A DNA stretch of 60,150 nt, filler included, from Bipalium vagum (Eukaryota), in NCBI GenBank assembly GCA_037834085.1. It is 3 parts of 3 records of this genome, joined end to end, with 100 filler letters (N's around TTAATTAATTAA, not from the genome) between each part and the next. Parts side by side here need not be neighbours in the genome. Positions count along the whole stretch, not along the records: positions 1 to 16,159 come from JBBMKC010124762.1; 2 more parts are not named here. One strand, given 5' to 3'. Under the pieces are notes generated by a model, which searched no databases, had not been told where the DNA came from, and saw only the letters and a list, made by a program, of their open reading frames with translations. A program made the position numbers and the translations under genes. Below, one piece after another: positions 1-13,837 of the stretch. How positions within the stretch are numbered: position 1 is the stretch's first letter; every line of letters begins with the position of its first letter.

Positions 1-1740
1 ATAATGGACAATATTTTGCTTGACATCTCATGTAAAAATAAATGTATATTGAGTTTTTATTTAACTTTTTTATTTTCATTAAAAAACAGCGAGAATAATG
101 CAACTACCCAATATAAATAATAATCAAATTTATAAAAATAGTTTATTTGATATTGAGGTACACATTTGTGATTAATGTCCAATTATAATTAGGTAACAAT
201 AATCGTTAGTTCTGGAAATTTAATTTATCATTCTGATTGAAATTTCCTTTTTAATTTGAAAAATCTGAATAGTTCTCTAATAGAAAAATGTTATTAAGCA
301 TTAATGTTCCTGTTGATTTCAACCTTTCAATTTTAAAATTCAAAGTACTACTCAACAAGAATGTATTTCAGCTCATCAGTACATAACTAAAGTATGAAAT
401 TCTAAATAAATCTTATTTTAAAACTATGGTTTTGATTTTAATTATTTTTTGTTCTATTATCACCGCGTCCGATGAGCTAAAGTAGGTAAAGGTTGTGCTA
501 AACAAATTTATTCAATGAAATGTGATTATTTTTTAATTTGACAATTTTTAATCATTTGTTAGGAGACAATAAAATTATTATACATTTGCGTCCGAGTTTA
601 TACTAATACAATATGTAAATCACTGATATAAAATACCTTGATTAATCTCATCATTTCACCCATCTTATTGTATATTTCGTTTGTCGTGAATCTAATGTTA
701 CATTTTAGTTTGAACATTATACTCTTATCTTGTCATAAATTTTATCTTCAATATTGATCATTTATTTTAGCGTAAGGTTTTATTTTAATTTTATATTTAT
801 ATGTTGACAACAAATTCTTTTGCCAATTTTCTTAAAATTATATTTCATCAAATAATTTACTTTTCCTTAATCCAACCAAATTTTGATATTTTCCCCCAAT
901 CAAATCAGCTATTTTTTTTTCAAACAATGATTTACAGAAAGGCAATCTACTCGAATTCAAGTCTAAGACGTCTAAATTGTGTAATTTGATTAAAAAAACG
1001 AAGAGACGAATAGAAATAGTTAGATTTAAAAGCATCAGATTGTAAGAATATCGAAATGGATTTTATGTAGTGTTATTAAGAATGTATGAATGCCTTGATA
1101 AGCTATAAATATTATCATTTTTTGACCAAATGTTGGTGTGATACCAAGTAACTAGTGTATTCAAATCCAATAATAGTTCTTCATATTTCTTCTATCGATC
1201 TCTTACATATTTCAAAAGCTCAAATATTCTTATAAAGCGCTTACTACACTATTGTGCTCAATTAGGTTTTCAGGAAACCACTTAAACAGCCTGCCTCAGT
1301 AAATAAAAAAAATTTATTTCTTCAAGAAAATAGTCGATAGATAGTACGTGTAACAAGAGAATAACATGAGGCTTCAGATCATATACAATTAATCATGCCT
1401 AGTAAATCTTTTGATATCAGATTTTCAATTATTCCTTACTCTTGATATCTATCTGAAGCACCAAGGTAAAATGTAAGTGACATAATATTTCTTCTTTAAT
1501 AATACTGAATATTTATACGTTTTCACCAATTGGTTGAGCCTTTGAACGCATTTTTAGATTGTGATAGTTGTTTAAAATTAAAATATGAACTTTTAAGGAT
1601 ATTAGTTCGTTAAAATTTTTTTGGACACATGACATTAATATTTTAAATTGTGTATATATCAAGCTCATTTGTAAATTTTCAAAATGTATTTGATACTCGT
1701 ATTAACTCTTGAGATTTGATAATATTTTTTTACGTTTAAG

Positions 1741-2194
1741 ATGCTTGGGAGTCCTTCTTCGATTTTTGGAACAAGAAAAGCTTAATTATGATGCTCTGTG
1801 CAAATATATAAATCAGTTGGAAGTTAGTGTTGAAGTAGCAGACAGAATATTATACCAATTACCCACAAGTGAAGACATAAAAACATATCGGAAATATGAA
1901 TATACAGACAAATTGCCTATCAATAATCTTACCGAAGAAGATCGTCTATTAATTACTCTTTGTAAGATGGATAGATTACAGCAGAAATTAGAAGTTGTCA
2001 TATATATACAAAATTTTGCTGATGCGTACGCAAATCTTGTCGAAAAGGTAACTTTTGTAACAAGAGCGTCATTAGCTGTCAGGAGCTCTCAAAAATTGAA
2101 ACAAATTCTTGAGATTATTCTTGCATATGGTAACCTAATGAACAGTTCCAGGCGAGGAATAATGTACGGATTTCGATTGCAGAGTTTAGATTTA
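1741..2194 (+). CDS. FMNL: FMNL-like formin, FH2-domain exon (first exon visible in the window)
   Basis: tttaag acceptor at 1739-1740 and GTAAGT donor at 2195. Encodes CLGVLLRFL...LTEEDRLL...[36 protein letters not shown], matching the FMNL FH2 signature ([23 protein letters not shown]). Confidence 0.93.
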
Positions 2195-2406
2195 GTAAGT
2201 GATTCTGAATTATATTATTTTATTAATTTTAATATTTATTTCAAGAGGTTATTAACCATAAAATATTACATTTTTCTATATTTTCCAGTTGACATTTGCG
2301 AAGAGAAATTTAACTCATTATTTAATCTTTTTTCGTATTGTCTTAGAATTGAGAAGTTGTATCAGTTCACTGGTTGTGACTGCATTGGCAAAAGTGATTT
2401 GAAATA

Positions 2407-2884
2407 TACGAGGTCTGTTTGAAAAGTTTTGAATTTGTTTAAATTACGTATTTTAATTTTACTTGGCGGCATTGTTAATTGTAAAATGGAAAAATTGAAT
2501 ATCGAGGGATCATAAAGTACTTTTTCTGGAAGGATTATTCACAACAGAAATCAAAACAAAGATGATTACATTATTAAAAGAAGGTGCTCTTTTTCAATTG
2601 ACCATCCACCGTATTCACAAGATTTGCCTCCAGCATACTCTTCTTTTCTAAATCCTGAAAAATTCTTATCTGAAAGCGTTTTCGTGGCAATCAAAAGGTG
2701 ATTGATTGAAAGCATTGATGTCAGTTATAAGGAATCAAGGGTTCAAATTGCTAGGAAAAGTTAAACTAAATGCGTTGAGTTTAAAGGAGGTGCAGAAAAC
2801 AATGTGATTTTTGAACAATATTTTAAACGTTCTTTCTTGTGTAGTGTTCGTGTAGGATAGTACGAATTTTTCGGTATCTTTTAT
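2407..2884 (+). mobile_element. Internally deleted mariner remnant in formin intron
   Basis: TA + mariner-like end tacgaggtctgtttgaaaagtt. A frameshifted MEKxEYRxIIKYFF start is joined directly to the C-terminal IDHPPYSQDL motif. Right end approximate. Confidence 0.6.
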
Positions 2885-3607
2885 GATAGAAGAAAGTACT
2901 AAATTGCTCTTTCACAATTTATTTAGAAAAATAATTTTGTATTAATTCCTGGGATTGCCTTTGTTTCATCTTTTCTTGAATTTAACTATTTTATCAATAC
3001 CTATGTTTCGGTTTTAATATTTTCTTTTGACACCTCACCTAACTGATAAGTTTAATATTAAACACATTTTTTCACGTCATATTAATGATATTTTATTAAT
3101 TATCTAGAAAAAATATTAGATTTTATTTAAGAAATAATATTATTTCATAATATATAATTATTAAACATAAATCAAATAATGTAAATTATCTATATTCAAA
3201 ACAGTTATATAAAAAAACAATTATATTTTCGATAACTGAAATTTGATACTTATTGTAATATGGGAATCTAGATGTACCACACAAATAATTTTGGAATTCG
3301 ATTATCTGTGATATTAAAACAAATTCAGAAGGAATATTGATATATCGATTAACTTCAGAAAATAGTTGGAAAAACTTAACAAACTTAGTTCCATACAAGC
3401 CTGAGAAAGAATTAGACAAAATAAATATTTTTATTGTAATTAATAAAAAAAATATCTATTTTTAAAATTCTTAATGTGAATATTAATTACTTATTCCATC
3501 TCATGAACAAAAAAATCTAATATTTCTTTTATACAATCAATGTCTGGAAAAATTATAATAAATATAAACTTTAAATTATTATGAATTATAATATTAATTT
3601 TATTTAG

Positions 3608-3737
3608 TTGACTGAAACAAAGAGTGTGGATAAGAGCTGGACACTGATGCAATTTTTTGTGGACGTTGTCGATTCCAGATTTCCTGAACTGATTGGGTTT
3701 TGTGATGAGCTAAAGTTTCTTGAACAGGCTTCTAAAA
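3608..3737 (+). CDS. FMNL: FMNL-like formin, FH2 exon
   Basis: tttag acceptor, phase 0 as required by the previous exon. LTETKSVDKSWTLMQFFVDVVDSRFPEL...LEQASK matches FH2 (LLDTKSTDRKQTLLHY). GTAATA donor at 3738, phase 1. Confidence 0.93.
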
Positions 3738-4644
3738 GTAATAAACTAATTTATCAAAAACAGATTTTTTTCTTTTTTCATGGAGCAAAAAGGGAAAAAT
3801 TATTAATTAATTTATAATTAAATTAATTATTTAAAATTACTAATTTATCAATGTTTGAAATAAAATAAAGCACACTAGAATCTTTGTATTAAAAGAAAAT
3901 AAAATTACGAATTGTATCACTTTGATGCATATTCTTATATTTCGTCTGTTTTGAACTTTAGTTTTCTTGTCAGTGATTAATATTAGTAATCAAGAATATT
4001 AATAAAATGAATACTAATAATATAAACCCGGAAATATTTTTAAATTTATACATGAATAAATAAAACATGTGTCCTGAATAAATTTTTAATTTGTAATTGT
4101 CTAATTATATTAAATTTCGAATTTCGAATTTGTAATTTCATTTGTTAAATTCTTTTTAAAATTAATCAATATAAAAGTAAATAATTGATCAAAAGATTTT
4201 AGAAATGATCGGGAAGTGAAAATTTTTCGTTATAAACTAAATTATTATAATGAATAGGTTACCCTACTTTTGAAGAAAGCGTTAGAATAAAATATGGATT
4301 TTACTGAATTTTATTGTAATTTTTTTTATTATTTTACTGTAATTTTTATGTATTAGAAAACCTGTAATATAAGACGGCATTCATGTAACGACAAATAGGT
4401 TTAGTTGCATGAGATATGAAAAATTATTGATCATTAGCTTAAAGAAACCTTATTTCATTTTGCTGGAAATTTTTCTTTTTCCGAATCTTGAATGAAATAA
4501 ATTTCAAAATGGATAGGAAACGATTTTAAGTAGCGTGACATTGTTTGAAGGTTCTGAGATAAATAACTTAATAGATTTAATTAATTAATATTAATAATTA
4601 TGTATATTTATAATTACTATTATTTATTATTTTTTAACTTTCAG

Positions 4645-4913
4645 TTCCAATGGAAACAATCACAACAGATGTAATGTCCTTGGTGACAGGAATGAAACAG
4701 GTGCGGGATGAAATGAATGCAAATACAGCACAGCCCCCAAAATTAAAGCGCTTTTTTGAAGAAAATGAACAGAAAACATCTGATTTACATAAAAGTGCAC
4801 AAAATGCAAAAGAAACATTTTTACAAGCTGCAGAATGGTTTGGTGAAAGGCAAAATAGTCCTTCTCCAGATTTATTTTTTGGAATTATTTTCAGATTTAC
4901 AGAAAACTTTAAG
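4645..4913 (+). CDS. FMNL: FMNL-like formin, FH2 C-terminal exon
   Basis: ttcag acceptor, phase 1 (A|TT = Ile). IPMETITTDV...AAEWFGERQNSPSPDLFFGIIFRFTENFK has the typical FGE...FF..F..F motif. GT donor at 4914. Confidence 0.93.
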
Positions 4914-4959
4914 GTTGAATTTCTTTTTTCAAAGGATATTTATTTTTAAAAATCTATAG

Positions 4960-5052
4960 AAATGCCTAAAAGAAATTACAGAGAAGCGGGCTCAACTTAT
5001 GATTTCAACGGCATTAAAAATGGAAGAAACTCCTAAGCAGAAGCATAAAGAT
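4960..5052 (+). CDS. FMNL: FMNL-like formin, post-FH2 exon
   Basis: Follows a 46-nt GT-AG intron (4914-4959). Open frame KCLKEITEKRAQLMISTALKMEETPKQKHKD. GTTAGT donor at 5053. Confidence 0.85.
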
Positions 5053-5279
5053 GTTAGTATTTCACTGCCTTTTACTTTCTGTTTTTGTTCAATATTTTAT
5101 ATGGATATTTCATCAGAGTATTTTTAAATAATAAAAATAGACAAATTATTAGGTCTACAAGTTAAAATGAACCCTATCTAGAAAATGACTCCAAAGTCAC
5201 AATCTAACTAACTGAAACTTGTTTCTTAAATGAGTAAATTTTTAATTAAAGATAATCGCTCATTTATGTATATACATAT

Positions 5280-6280
5280 TTCAAAGAAATAGCAAAAATT
5301 AAAAATATCTCAAAAAATGCATATAAAGCATTGTTTATTATTTGCTTCCCAATAGAAGAAAATGGTTAGAGATATCGATATTTCTGCTTTAGGTAAAGGC
5401 ACGGTGAGCTATAAAAAATTCAAAAGTGGAAATTTGGATCTTTGAACCTGGTCAATCAGAAGGATTGGAGAAATTGAGAATTTGTTGAATGAAATTCCAT
5501 ATAGGATGCACACAAATTACACAAAAAGAAATAAATCGCCGACTCAGCTAGATAGAAAGGATTTAAAAAGCTGCAAATGGGTCCCTCATAGTCTTACTTG
5601 GGAGAAAAGGAAAAGGCTATACAAGAATTCGGTATCTCTCCTAACAAGATTTAAAAGGCCGAATTTTTTAAACAAGGTCTTTACGGGTTAGGAAAATGTG
5701 TATATTGTGAAAACCCCAAACGAAAAAATCTTTGGTTCTTACAGGTAAACCGTCTATTAAGAAGCGCAATATATAAGTATATCCACGTAGCCAAACGTTT
5801 CCTGTGTACTTCTTGGGAATACTTGAGAGTCGTCTACTACTATGACTTGTCGAAACCGCATGAAAGTCACATCGGAAAGGTTAATCATTTAAAAGAAATT
5901 CTTGAAAAAATAGACTATTTAATAGTCTTGGAAAAAAGGCCTGTTATTCTTCTGCATGATAATGTCCGACCACATATGTTAAAGACCACCACCGTGTACT
6001 ATGTTTCCGCTTTTTTTGGAAAGTTCTTCCTTATGGGCTTACTGATCTGATATGGTACCATCTGATTATTATTGATATGGGTCTCTTTAACATCACTTAA
6101 CTGATTCACCGCTCAAAACAGTTGCTGGTAACCAAACTTGACCAATTATAGATTCAAAATTGTAATTTCAAAACTTTTTTGGTATTAGATTTTGTAGGCA
6201 TTTTGTATTTCATTTAATTACCATAAAACAATCAATATAAAAAAAGACAAAAACTAATATTGTGTACACAAAAAATAATC
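5280..6280 (+). mobile_element. Decayed mariner transposase
   Basis: Motifs KWVPHSLT, ILLHDNVRPH and DMVPSDYY appear in the expected order across broken frames. Confidence 0.8.
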
Positions 6281-6782
6281 AAAATGTATTTTGGTAATTG
6301 AGAATCAAGTATGGACTCTTTCTCTTTTATTGTCACTTTAATATGTAAAACCGGGAATTATCTGAAACATAATAATATTTATAAATATTGATAGTAATTT
6401 AAGTAGTCTGTTTCGAATATTTACATTAATTTTGTCTACAATGGGGAAATCATTCGACCTTATTTTTTAATCAATTAAAAAGTATATTTAATAATATTTG
6501 AGTGATATCTTTATTAAACCATTATTTTTTCGTGCAATCCATTATTTTATATTTGACAGAACATGTCTATTGAGAATTTGCAAGTAAGATCATCAAATAT
6601 CACTTATAAAACTTATGCTTTATTTTTGGAAATTAATGGCAGATTAGTAAACTTTATTTATGGCACAACTTAATTTTATTCGCATGGTACATTGATAAAA
6701 TGCCATTTTGATTAAACATATTTTAATTTCAGTTTCCAAATAAGATTTGTGATATGTATGTAATTGATATTATTTATTTTAG

Positions 6783-6879
6783 AAAAAACTAGCCCAAGAA
6801 GCCAGAAAGAAAAACCGTAGATTAATCAACCGGACTCGCCAGATTAACGGCGATGGCATAATGGATCAGATTTTAGCAG
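6783..6879 (+). CDS. FMNL: FMNL-like formin, basic region and start of DAD
   Basis: ttttag acceptor, phase 0. KKLAQEARKKNRRLINRTRQINGDGIMDQILA resembles the FMNL DAD core DGAIEDIIT. GTAAAT donor at 6880, phase 1. Confidence 0.88.
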
Positions 6880-7559
6880 GTAAATGCATTTTAAAGTTTC
6901 TTATTAAGAAATTTTTTTTAATGGGATTGATTTATAATAAAAATTAGTGTAGTAAACATTAAAATGACATCTTTGCCAAAAGTCTAAATCAATTACAAAT
7001 TCCATTGAGCATTATTTTTTATGTGAAATTGTTATGGGAATAAAATCAAAGCTTGTAAAATGTTATGAAAACTCTACCTCTATATTGACGATTGATACAT
7101 GGTTTACTGAATTTCGTTGTGGCTGTGTAACCAAAAAAGAGTTCTTTTCAAATGATCTGAAAAATGCATATGATTCTTGTTGACAACTGACTCCATATTT
7201 TCAAATTTAGATAACTGCAGTTGCCATACATTCTTATAGTTAGCAAAAAACTAAATCTGGTCAATTTGGGGCCGGTACACAATCAAAATGAAATTCTTTG
7301 TCATTTTATCACTTGATGAAACTTGAGTCCAACTTTACATCCCTGAACAAGTAAAGATATTCACAAGACTTAATTATAGTCAATTATGTAGAAAAAATCA
7401 TTGTCGGTCGTGTAGAAAGTAGACATTCGAATAAAAACTTACCACATGTTGAAGGAAATAATGAATTTTTATTCATGGTAACGCACTAGCTTACAGATTC
7501 GCTATATCAGTGGTAAAATGTTATCAATCAGAGTTAATCCACCACATGCTCCAGATTTA

Positions 7560-8902
7560 TTAGGTTGTCTGGCAAGTCTTTTCGGTTTTTGCATTATTGA
7601 AGATGATAACTTTTTATATATATGAGTCCAATAAACAGTTAATTAAAATTTTTATTATAGTATATACTACTATATTGTACAAAAATTTCAATTTGTTTAT
7701 ATACAAATTTTATAACGGCGCAATTTGGAAAATGCAAAATCAAAATTATATATATATAAAAAAAAAGCAAAACAACTTCAGATACACTTCGAAAACTATG
7801 TAGAGTCGATGGCAAATATGAAATAACAGAACGAGTTGTAAGATTTGGTTTACCAAATTTCGTTACGGAATGTTCTCGATTCAAGATTCATCAAGCTCTA
7901 ATAGGCCAGTTCAACTTAATAAAGACCAATTATCAGAAATGACAGGCATATTACCATTTGTGAGATCACAAAGAAGTCGGATTTGTTTAAAACAACTACT
8001 GACGATCATTTTAAAAAGCTTGGGTCCCACATAAACTGAATATCAGTGTATCAATATTTGTGACATGCTCCTCAAACGAAATCAAAGCAATCCATTTTTG
8101 AAAAACTTGATAACCGATCACGAANNNNNNNNNNNNNNNNNNNNNNNNNNNNNNNNNNNNNNNNNNNNNNNNNNNNNNNNNNNNNNNNNNNNNNNNNNNN
8201 NNNNNNNNNNNNNNNNNNNNNNNNGTATCAATATTTGTGACATGCTCCTCAAACGAAATCAAAGCAATCCATTTTTGAAAAACTTGATAACCGATCACGA
8301 AAAATGAATTTTTAAAGTAATGTCCAACCTAAAAGATCGTGGTCAAAGTCCGGTGAGACCAGTCAAAGAATATCAAAAGCTGATATTCATCAAAAAAGGT
8401 AATTCTATCCATATGGTTGGATTACAAGGGTATTATATACTTTGAGCTCTTACCATTTAACAAACAATTGATTCAAATGTATACTGCCAACAACTATCAA
8501 AATTAAATGATTGCTTGCAGTAGAAATGTTCAGAATTGGTAAATCGTGCACGCGTTGTTTTTAATCACAACGCATGTTCACACACTTCTTTGGTCACTCG
8601 TCAGAAATTTGTAAAACTTGATTTGGATGTGCTATCGATATTACTATCTTTTTCTCTCTTTACAAAATTCTTTGGCTGGGTAAACATTTGTCTCTGAGTA
8701 CATTTTATAAACTTACCTGGATGATTTCTTGGCTGGAAAAAATCAAAAATTTTATCAAGCTGAAATAATGAAATTGTCTGAGAAACTTATTGTCGAACAA
8801 AATGGTCAGTATTTAATATTATAATAAATGTTCATCTCCATACACAATTTTATGACTTTTTATATTATAGTAAGAACCGAAAAGACTTTCCTGACAACCT
8901 AA
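7560..8902 (+). mobile_element. Mariner element with recognisable TIRs and TA target duplication (defective transposase)
   Basis: Left TA|ttaggttgtctggcaagtcttttcggtt and right aaccgaaaagactttcctgacaacctaa|TA are 28-bp inverted repeats with 2 mismatches. Internal AWVPHKL, ITDHEK*I and WLDYKGIIYFELL motifs. Spans a 100-N gap. Confidence 0.92.
8048..8301. other. Scaffold gap (100 N) with an exact 77-bp duplicated flank: assembly artefact
   Basis: 8048-8124 is identical to 8225-8301. Confidence 0.9.
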
Positions 8903-11900
8903 TAGTGTTCTGTATTATTTCTTTTCAAATCAAATAGTGAAATTACTGAGTAATTATCTATTTGACGCCCAGGGTAAATTTTTCTACGAAAAAGGAGGAA
9001 AAATGAGAAATGTTGAATAATGTTTGTAGACCTGGTCGTGGGTATTTGTTTCATTGCTTAATGCAAAAAAACTGGTAAATGATTAGATAAGTGGTTTTAT
9101 AGTTCAGAGAGGAGATCAAGTCTCAACTATTTTTTAGTTAATAATTGGTTATTAATAGCTCTGATCATAATTCAATAAAATATGTTTGTGAGGTTTCGTT
9201 TAAAAAGAAAATTGATGTACAGTCTTACGAAAATTATTGGTTCTTTTGACCTCAACATGATCAAGAAGATTTATTAGTGTTCTTGAGTTTCTAAATAAAA
9301 TTTTTGGAAACCTTTTTGTATAAAAATACCTTTAGATTTGTCGATTTTTAAAATATTTGTGATTTGTATAGAGTTTTCTTAATAATTTTGGATAATGAAA
9401 TTATGTTTAATAATTTCTTTATTACCAATAGATAACATTTTCCATGGACATATTAAAATGTTGATAGTTAATTATTCTAAGTTTTATCAAGAATTCGTAT
9501 AATATTTTAACAGAAACTAAAATTTATTCCTTTTATAATTAATTATTATCTTCTGCTTATTTTATTATTATTATTATTATGGGATTATACTTATTCTGAT
9601 CTTTCATCAAAATAAGTAATAGTCAGTCATAATTGAAAATAAATTTAACATAACTTTATATATAATGTTATGTTTAGGGTTTTAAAGGTCATATTTCTAA
9701 ATAATCAAATTTAAAAGGAAGGTAATGTATTTTGGAATGTGTTAAATTTCTTATTTGAGATGGAGAAATGGTTAGATGAAAGCCTTAAAATATTTCTAGA
9801 AACTTAAATGCAATGTAGCTGTCTGTTTCAAAGAGGGTCTAAAATCAATTCGTTCGTCTAATATTTTTTAATTCGTTTCAATATTATTAAGTGTTTTATA
9901 TTTATTTTTTATTTTAATTTCTTATAAAATATTAGAAAAATAATAAGTTTAGTTAATTATTTTTATTATTTAAGTTATCTTTATTTATTAAATGATTTTT
10001 TATTTTTTAAAACATTTATTCCAAAAAGAATTCCATTTGACATTTGTTTGTTTTTTTACATGTTTTCATTTCTTAAACAGATAAATAAAAATATTTCGTG
10101 TTACTTCTTTCTTTCTTAATCTTATTTAAATATTATATATGTAAATTTTATTAAGTTTTGTGGAGTCAAGTTAGTACTATCATTGGACTATTATTATTTC
10201 GGACTAGAAGATTTGAAATTTTTTCTTTTTTTTCCATAATATGAAAGACGCGAATCAGTTGAACAACTAAATTAATTTTTTATTAATGCATCATTTCTGA
10301 ATTAAATATTTTAAAAATTTATTCCGAAAGACTTTTTAAAATTCCCTGTCATATAAAATTATATATAATATTAATTAATTATTAATTAAATTATATATGT
10401 ATTAAATAAAAAAAATATTTTACACAAAAACAAATTAATAAATAACCGAAAACATTTTTATTTTAAATTCATTATTATAAGAAGTATCTGTAATTTCTAG
10501 GCTTTCTTAGTACAATAGATAGTATTGTACGTATTTTTCATACAAGATGAAATCATTAAACAATAGTAAAAAATATTTCAACCAAATTATGCATTTTAAA
10601 TCGTAGATTATATCAAAAAGATTTTAATCATCAACAATTAATTCCACATATTTACTCGTATATATAAAATTTCTAATTGCCTCATTTTATTACTTAAAGT
10701 CTTTAATTTAATTGCTTTTAATTTATTCAACTTTTTTATATTTTGACTTATTTTTAATTAATATTATTTAAGTCATTTATTCAACCATTCATAGAACGAA
10801 ATAAATTAATTGAACTTTTCTGACAACTGATAACATTGGAAAATATTGAATTTTATTTTTAACGAGTTTTTGGGTCTACTCTTAAAAGTAATAAAATGTT
10901 AAATATATAAATAATAGAATTTTTAATTAATAATTAAATTTAATTAAATATGAATTAGTGTCAACAAATGTGAAATTATTTGAAGATTGTTAATATTTTT
11001 TTTAATTGAATTGATTAGTTCAGAAAGCACTATTTAATAAGTATTTAAAATAAAAGACTTCAACTTAATGGGTTTAATTTAATAATAATTTATTATTTGA
11101 TTTAATTAGCATAAAAATTATCATATTTGTGTAAAATGTTACAAAAGAAACAACATAATGCACTTTATGGAAAATTTATTAATTAAAAAATTTGTCAGAA
11201 GCACCGAAACTATTTTATTACATTCGTTGATGATGTAACAAGATTAATTTAGCTTTACATCGGTTAATTGAAAGGATGGTCTGCAGAATCATTGTCGAAG
11301 GCGACTGAGAAAATATTTTTAAACTTAAGTGTGATACTTTAATAATTAAATGTTTGAAACTTTATCTCATACCAATTAATAGTAAACTTGTATTTAATAT
11401 TATATATATATCATACTGTGGAGGTCTTTAGTTTATCACTTAATAAATGTTTGACAATTTTTTTTCATACTTTATGTGAACCATATTTAAGATGTACGAT
11501 AAAAAGATCAAACTAGTTTCCTTATATAAATTTGGATTCCCAACGTATCAAAAGAGATGAGCTTCACTTAAAAATATATTGTATATTTATCTTTCTCAAT
11601 TCTTCTCTTTCTGGATACATTAGATATTGATATTTTTATTATACACATAAAAAATATTCTTGATATTCAAAGTTTAGCAATGGTTCTCATCAATCATTAT
11701 TAAGTCTGAGTGATATGAATAAATCCGTTGGAATTGGTAAAGATTCGAAATTGGTGATTGGAATAAATTTGTCTCAATAAATATAATTTATGACAATTGA
11801 AGGCAAAATAATTTTTAAATAATCTTTTTTTCTTCCGTTAATAAAATAGTTGAGATTTACCCATCGAGAATAGTCTCACACAAAACTATATTCTCGTGCA

Positions 11901-13322
11901 TTTTGCATTTTATTTGTCAAACATTTTTATATCAATATCAACTTTCCTTATTGACTTTAATTATAAACCAAAACCCGTTTCTATTTGCTGAATATACACT
12001 ATTACAAATTATCGGTTCTAATATTTTAGCTAATTAAAAGATAATTTTATTTTAATTAACCATTAATGGTAATTAAAATATTTATGTATACAATATTTTT
12101 CTTGATTGACTTGTGAGTCTGGTGTTGTAAATAGAAATAGAAAATGTTTGCTATTGTGGTTGAGATTATAATTTATTTTTGTTTTTTAATTTCCTAGACC
12201 CATTTAAGATCTTCAATTTTAAATAGTTCGTTCCTTTATAACTGATGAAGTGTATCAAAATAAAGTTCATTTTAACTTCTTCAAGTTTTTTTAGTTTTTT
12301 GTATTTTATTATTTATTGATTTTACCTAAACATACATGTATGAAGAATGAGAAATTCAAAACTGTTTTCAATGTATTTTATTTTTTCTACTCCACATATA
12401 AATCCTCACTGATTATTTATTATTGAATTGTTAGTTGAAATGCTATTGTATATAATATTGTTAAGCTTCCACTCTAACGAAGAGAAACAAACTTTCAATA
12501 AGGTTTTTATATTTTTAATAGATTTGAGGAGAGAGTTAAAAGGACAATAATCTTTTTACCTTATATTTTAACAAGATCAAGTTGAAAATTTTATGATTAA
12601 TGAACCATAATAATTTGTTTTTTATTTAATCGATCTTAAATTATTTATTTGTCTTCAGAATTTTTCAAATTTCAAAATATTGATTAAAGTTTTCGCTAAA
12701 TCGTTAATTTTGTACTAAGCCTTAAGTGTATGTTAATTTTTCAAATGGTAAATTTTCGTTTGTTTGAAACTACGGAAATTTACTTATACTAAACTTCGAA
12801 TTTTGTCTTTTTAATATTTATTTGTGAAAGATGTAAATTTTTGTATTTCTTTTATATATTATTAATTATGCTAAGAATTATTAATAATTTCAATAATAAG
12901 ATTAAATTGGAATAAACAATATTTATTGACTAAAATTTTTGAAGAAAAATTCAAAAAAATTATTTTTTAATCTTAATTGATTTTTAGATAAATCATTAAA
13001 CTAGACAGAATTAAGATTGATTTGATTACTTTATCTGCCTAATTGAACCATTTCTAACTTACAATATTGTTTACCAAAAGAATGTTTATTAATCAAATAT
13101 GTTAATCCTAGGATATACAGTTTCAAAAAATAATATGATATTATATATATATCGAACATGATCCAGTATCATAAAATATTTTGATTTTTGTAAAAATAGT
13201 ATAATTAAAGATTCTGCGATTATTAATCACAGTGAATATGTAAAATTTCAAGTTTTTCACTTCTTTTATTTTTATTGAAATGGAATAAAAAGTAAATTAA
13301 TTATAATTTTATCATTTTAAAG

Positions 13323-13396
13323 GTCTGGAAACCCCACTTCAAGCAGAAATACACCCAAAGCGTTCCAGTAGTAGGTATCTAGAAGAAGTGTATTAA
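13323..13396 (+). CDS. FMNL: FMNL-like formin, probable terminal exon (rest of DAD)
   Basis: AG at 13321-13322 after an AT-rich tract. The phase-1 join gives G-LETPLQAEIHPKRSSSRYLEEVY*, completing MDxILxxL plus a basic patch. Coding-like composition in AT-rich surroundings. Confidence 0.72.
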
Positions 13397-13837
13397 TCAA
13401 AGACTTCAAATGCAATTGTTACATCGTTATTATGTAAATATTAACTACTTGTGAATAATAATTACTTAACGATTTACGCGGTAAAATTGCCGCTTTAATA
13501 TATGATTTTTCTTTTTTGGTAATTTTTATATTTTTCATAATAATTTTAAGTTTGAGGTGAACATTCGTTCTCCAAAATTTTGGAAAGAAACATTTTTTTT
13601 CTTATCTAATTGATATGAAATTTTCATTTTTAATTACTTTTTTTATAGGTTTCGTTAAATTATTATGATTTTCTATTCACAAAGCGTTTAGTGTATAATA
13701 GATTCTATGCGTTTTACTTGACGGTGTCCTCTTTCGTTTTTTCTGTTAATAGTTATGTTTTATTTATATTCGATTCAAATAAAATTTTGTGAAAGTCGAG
13801 CTTGTTCTCTTATATCATTTCTGATAGCTACGACTAA

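Larger units (their letters stand above)
6990..9030 (+). mobile_element. Older decayed mariner, split by a nested younger mariner
   Basis: WFTEFRCG (~7100), ITLDET*V (~7310) and PPHAPDL (~7540-7559). It resumes after 8904 with YFDAQGKFFYEKG. Boundaries approximate. Confidence 0.6.

Noticed and set aside
780-1560. Possible very old Tc1-like relic on the - strand (similar faint relics at about 11240-11930, 18690-18960, 26040-26580 and 46560-46910)
   Set aside because: The motifs are too degraded to call by eye.
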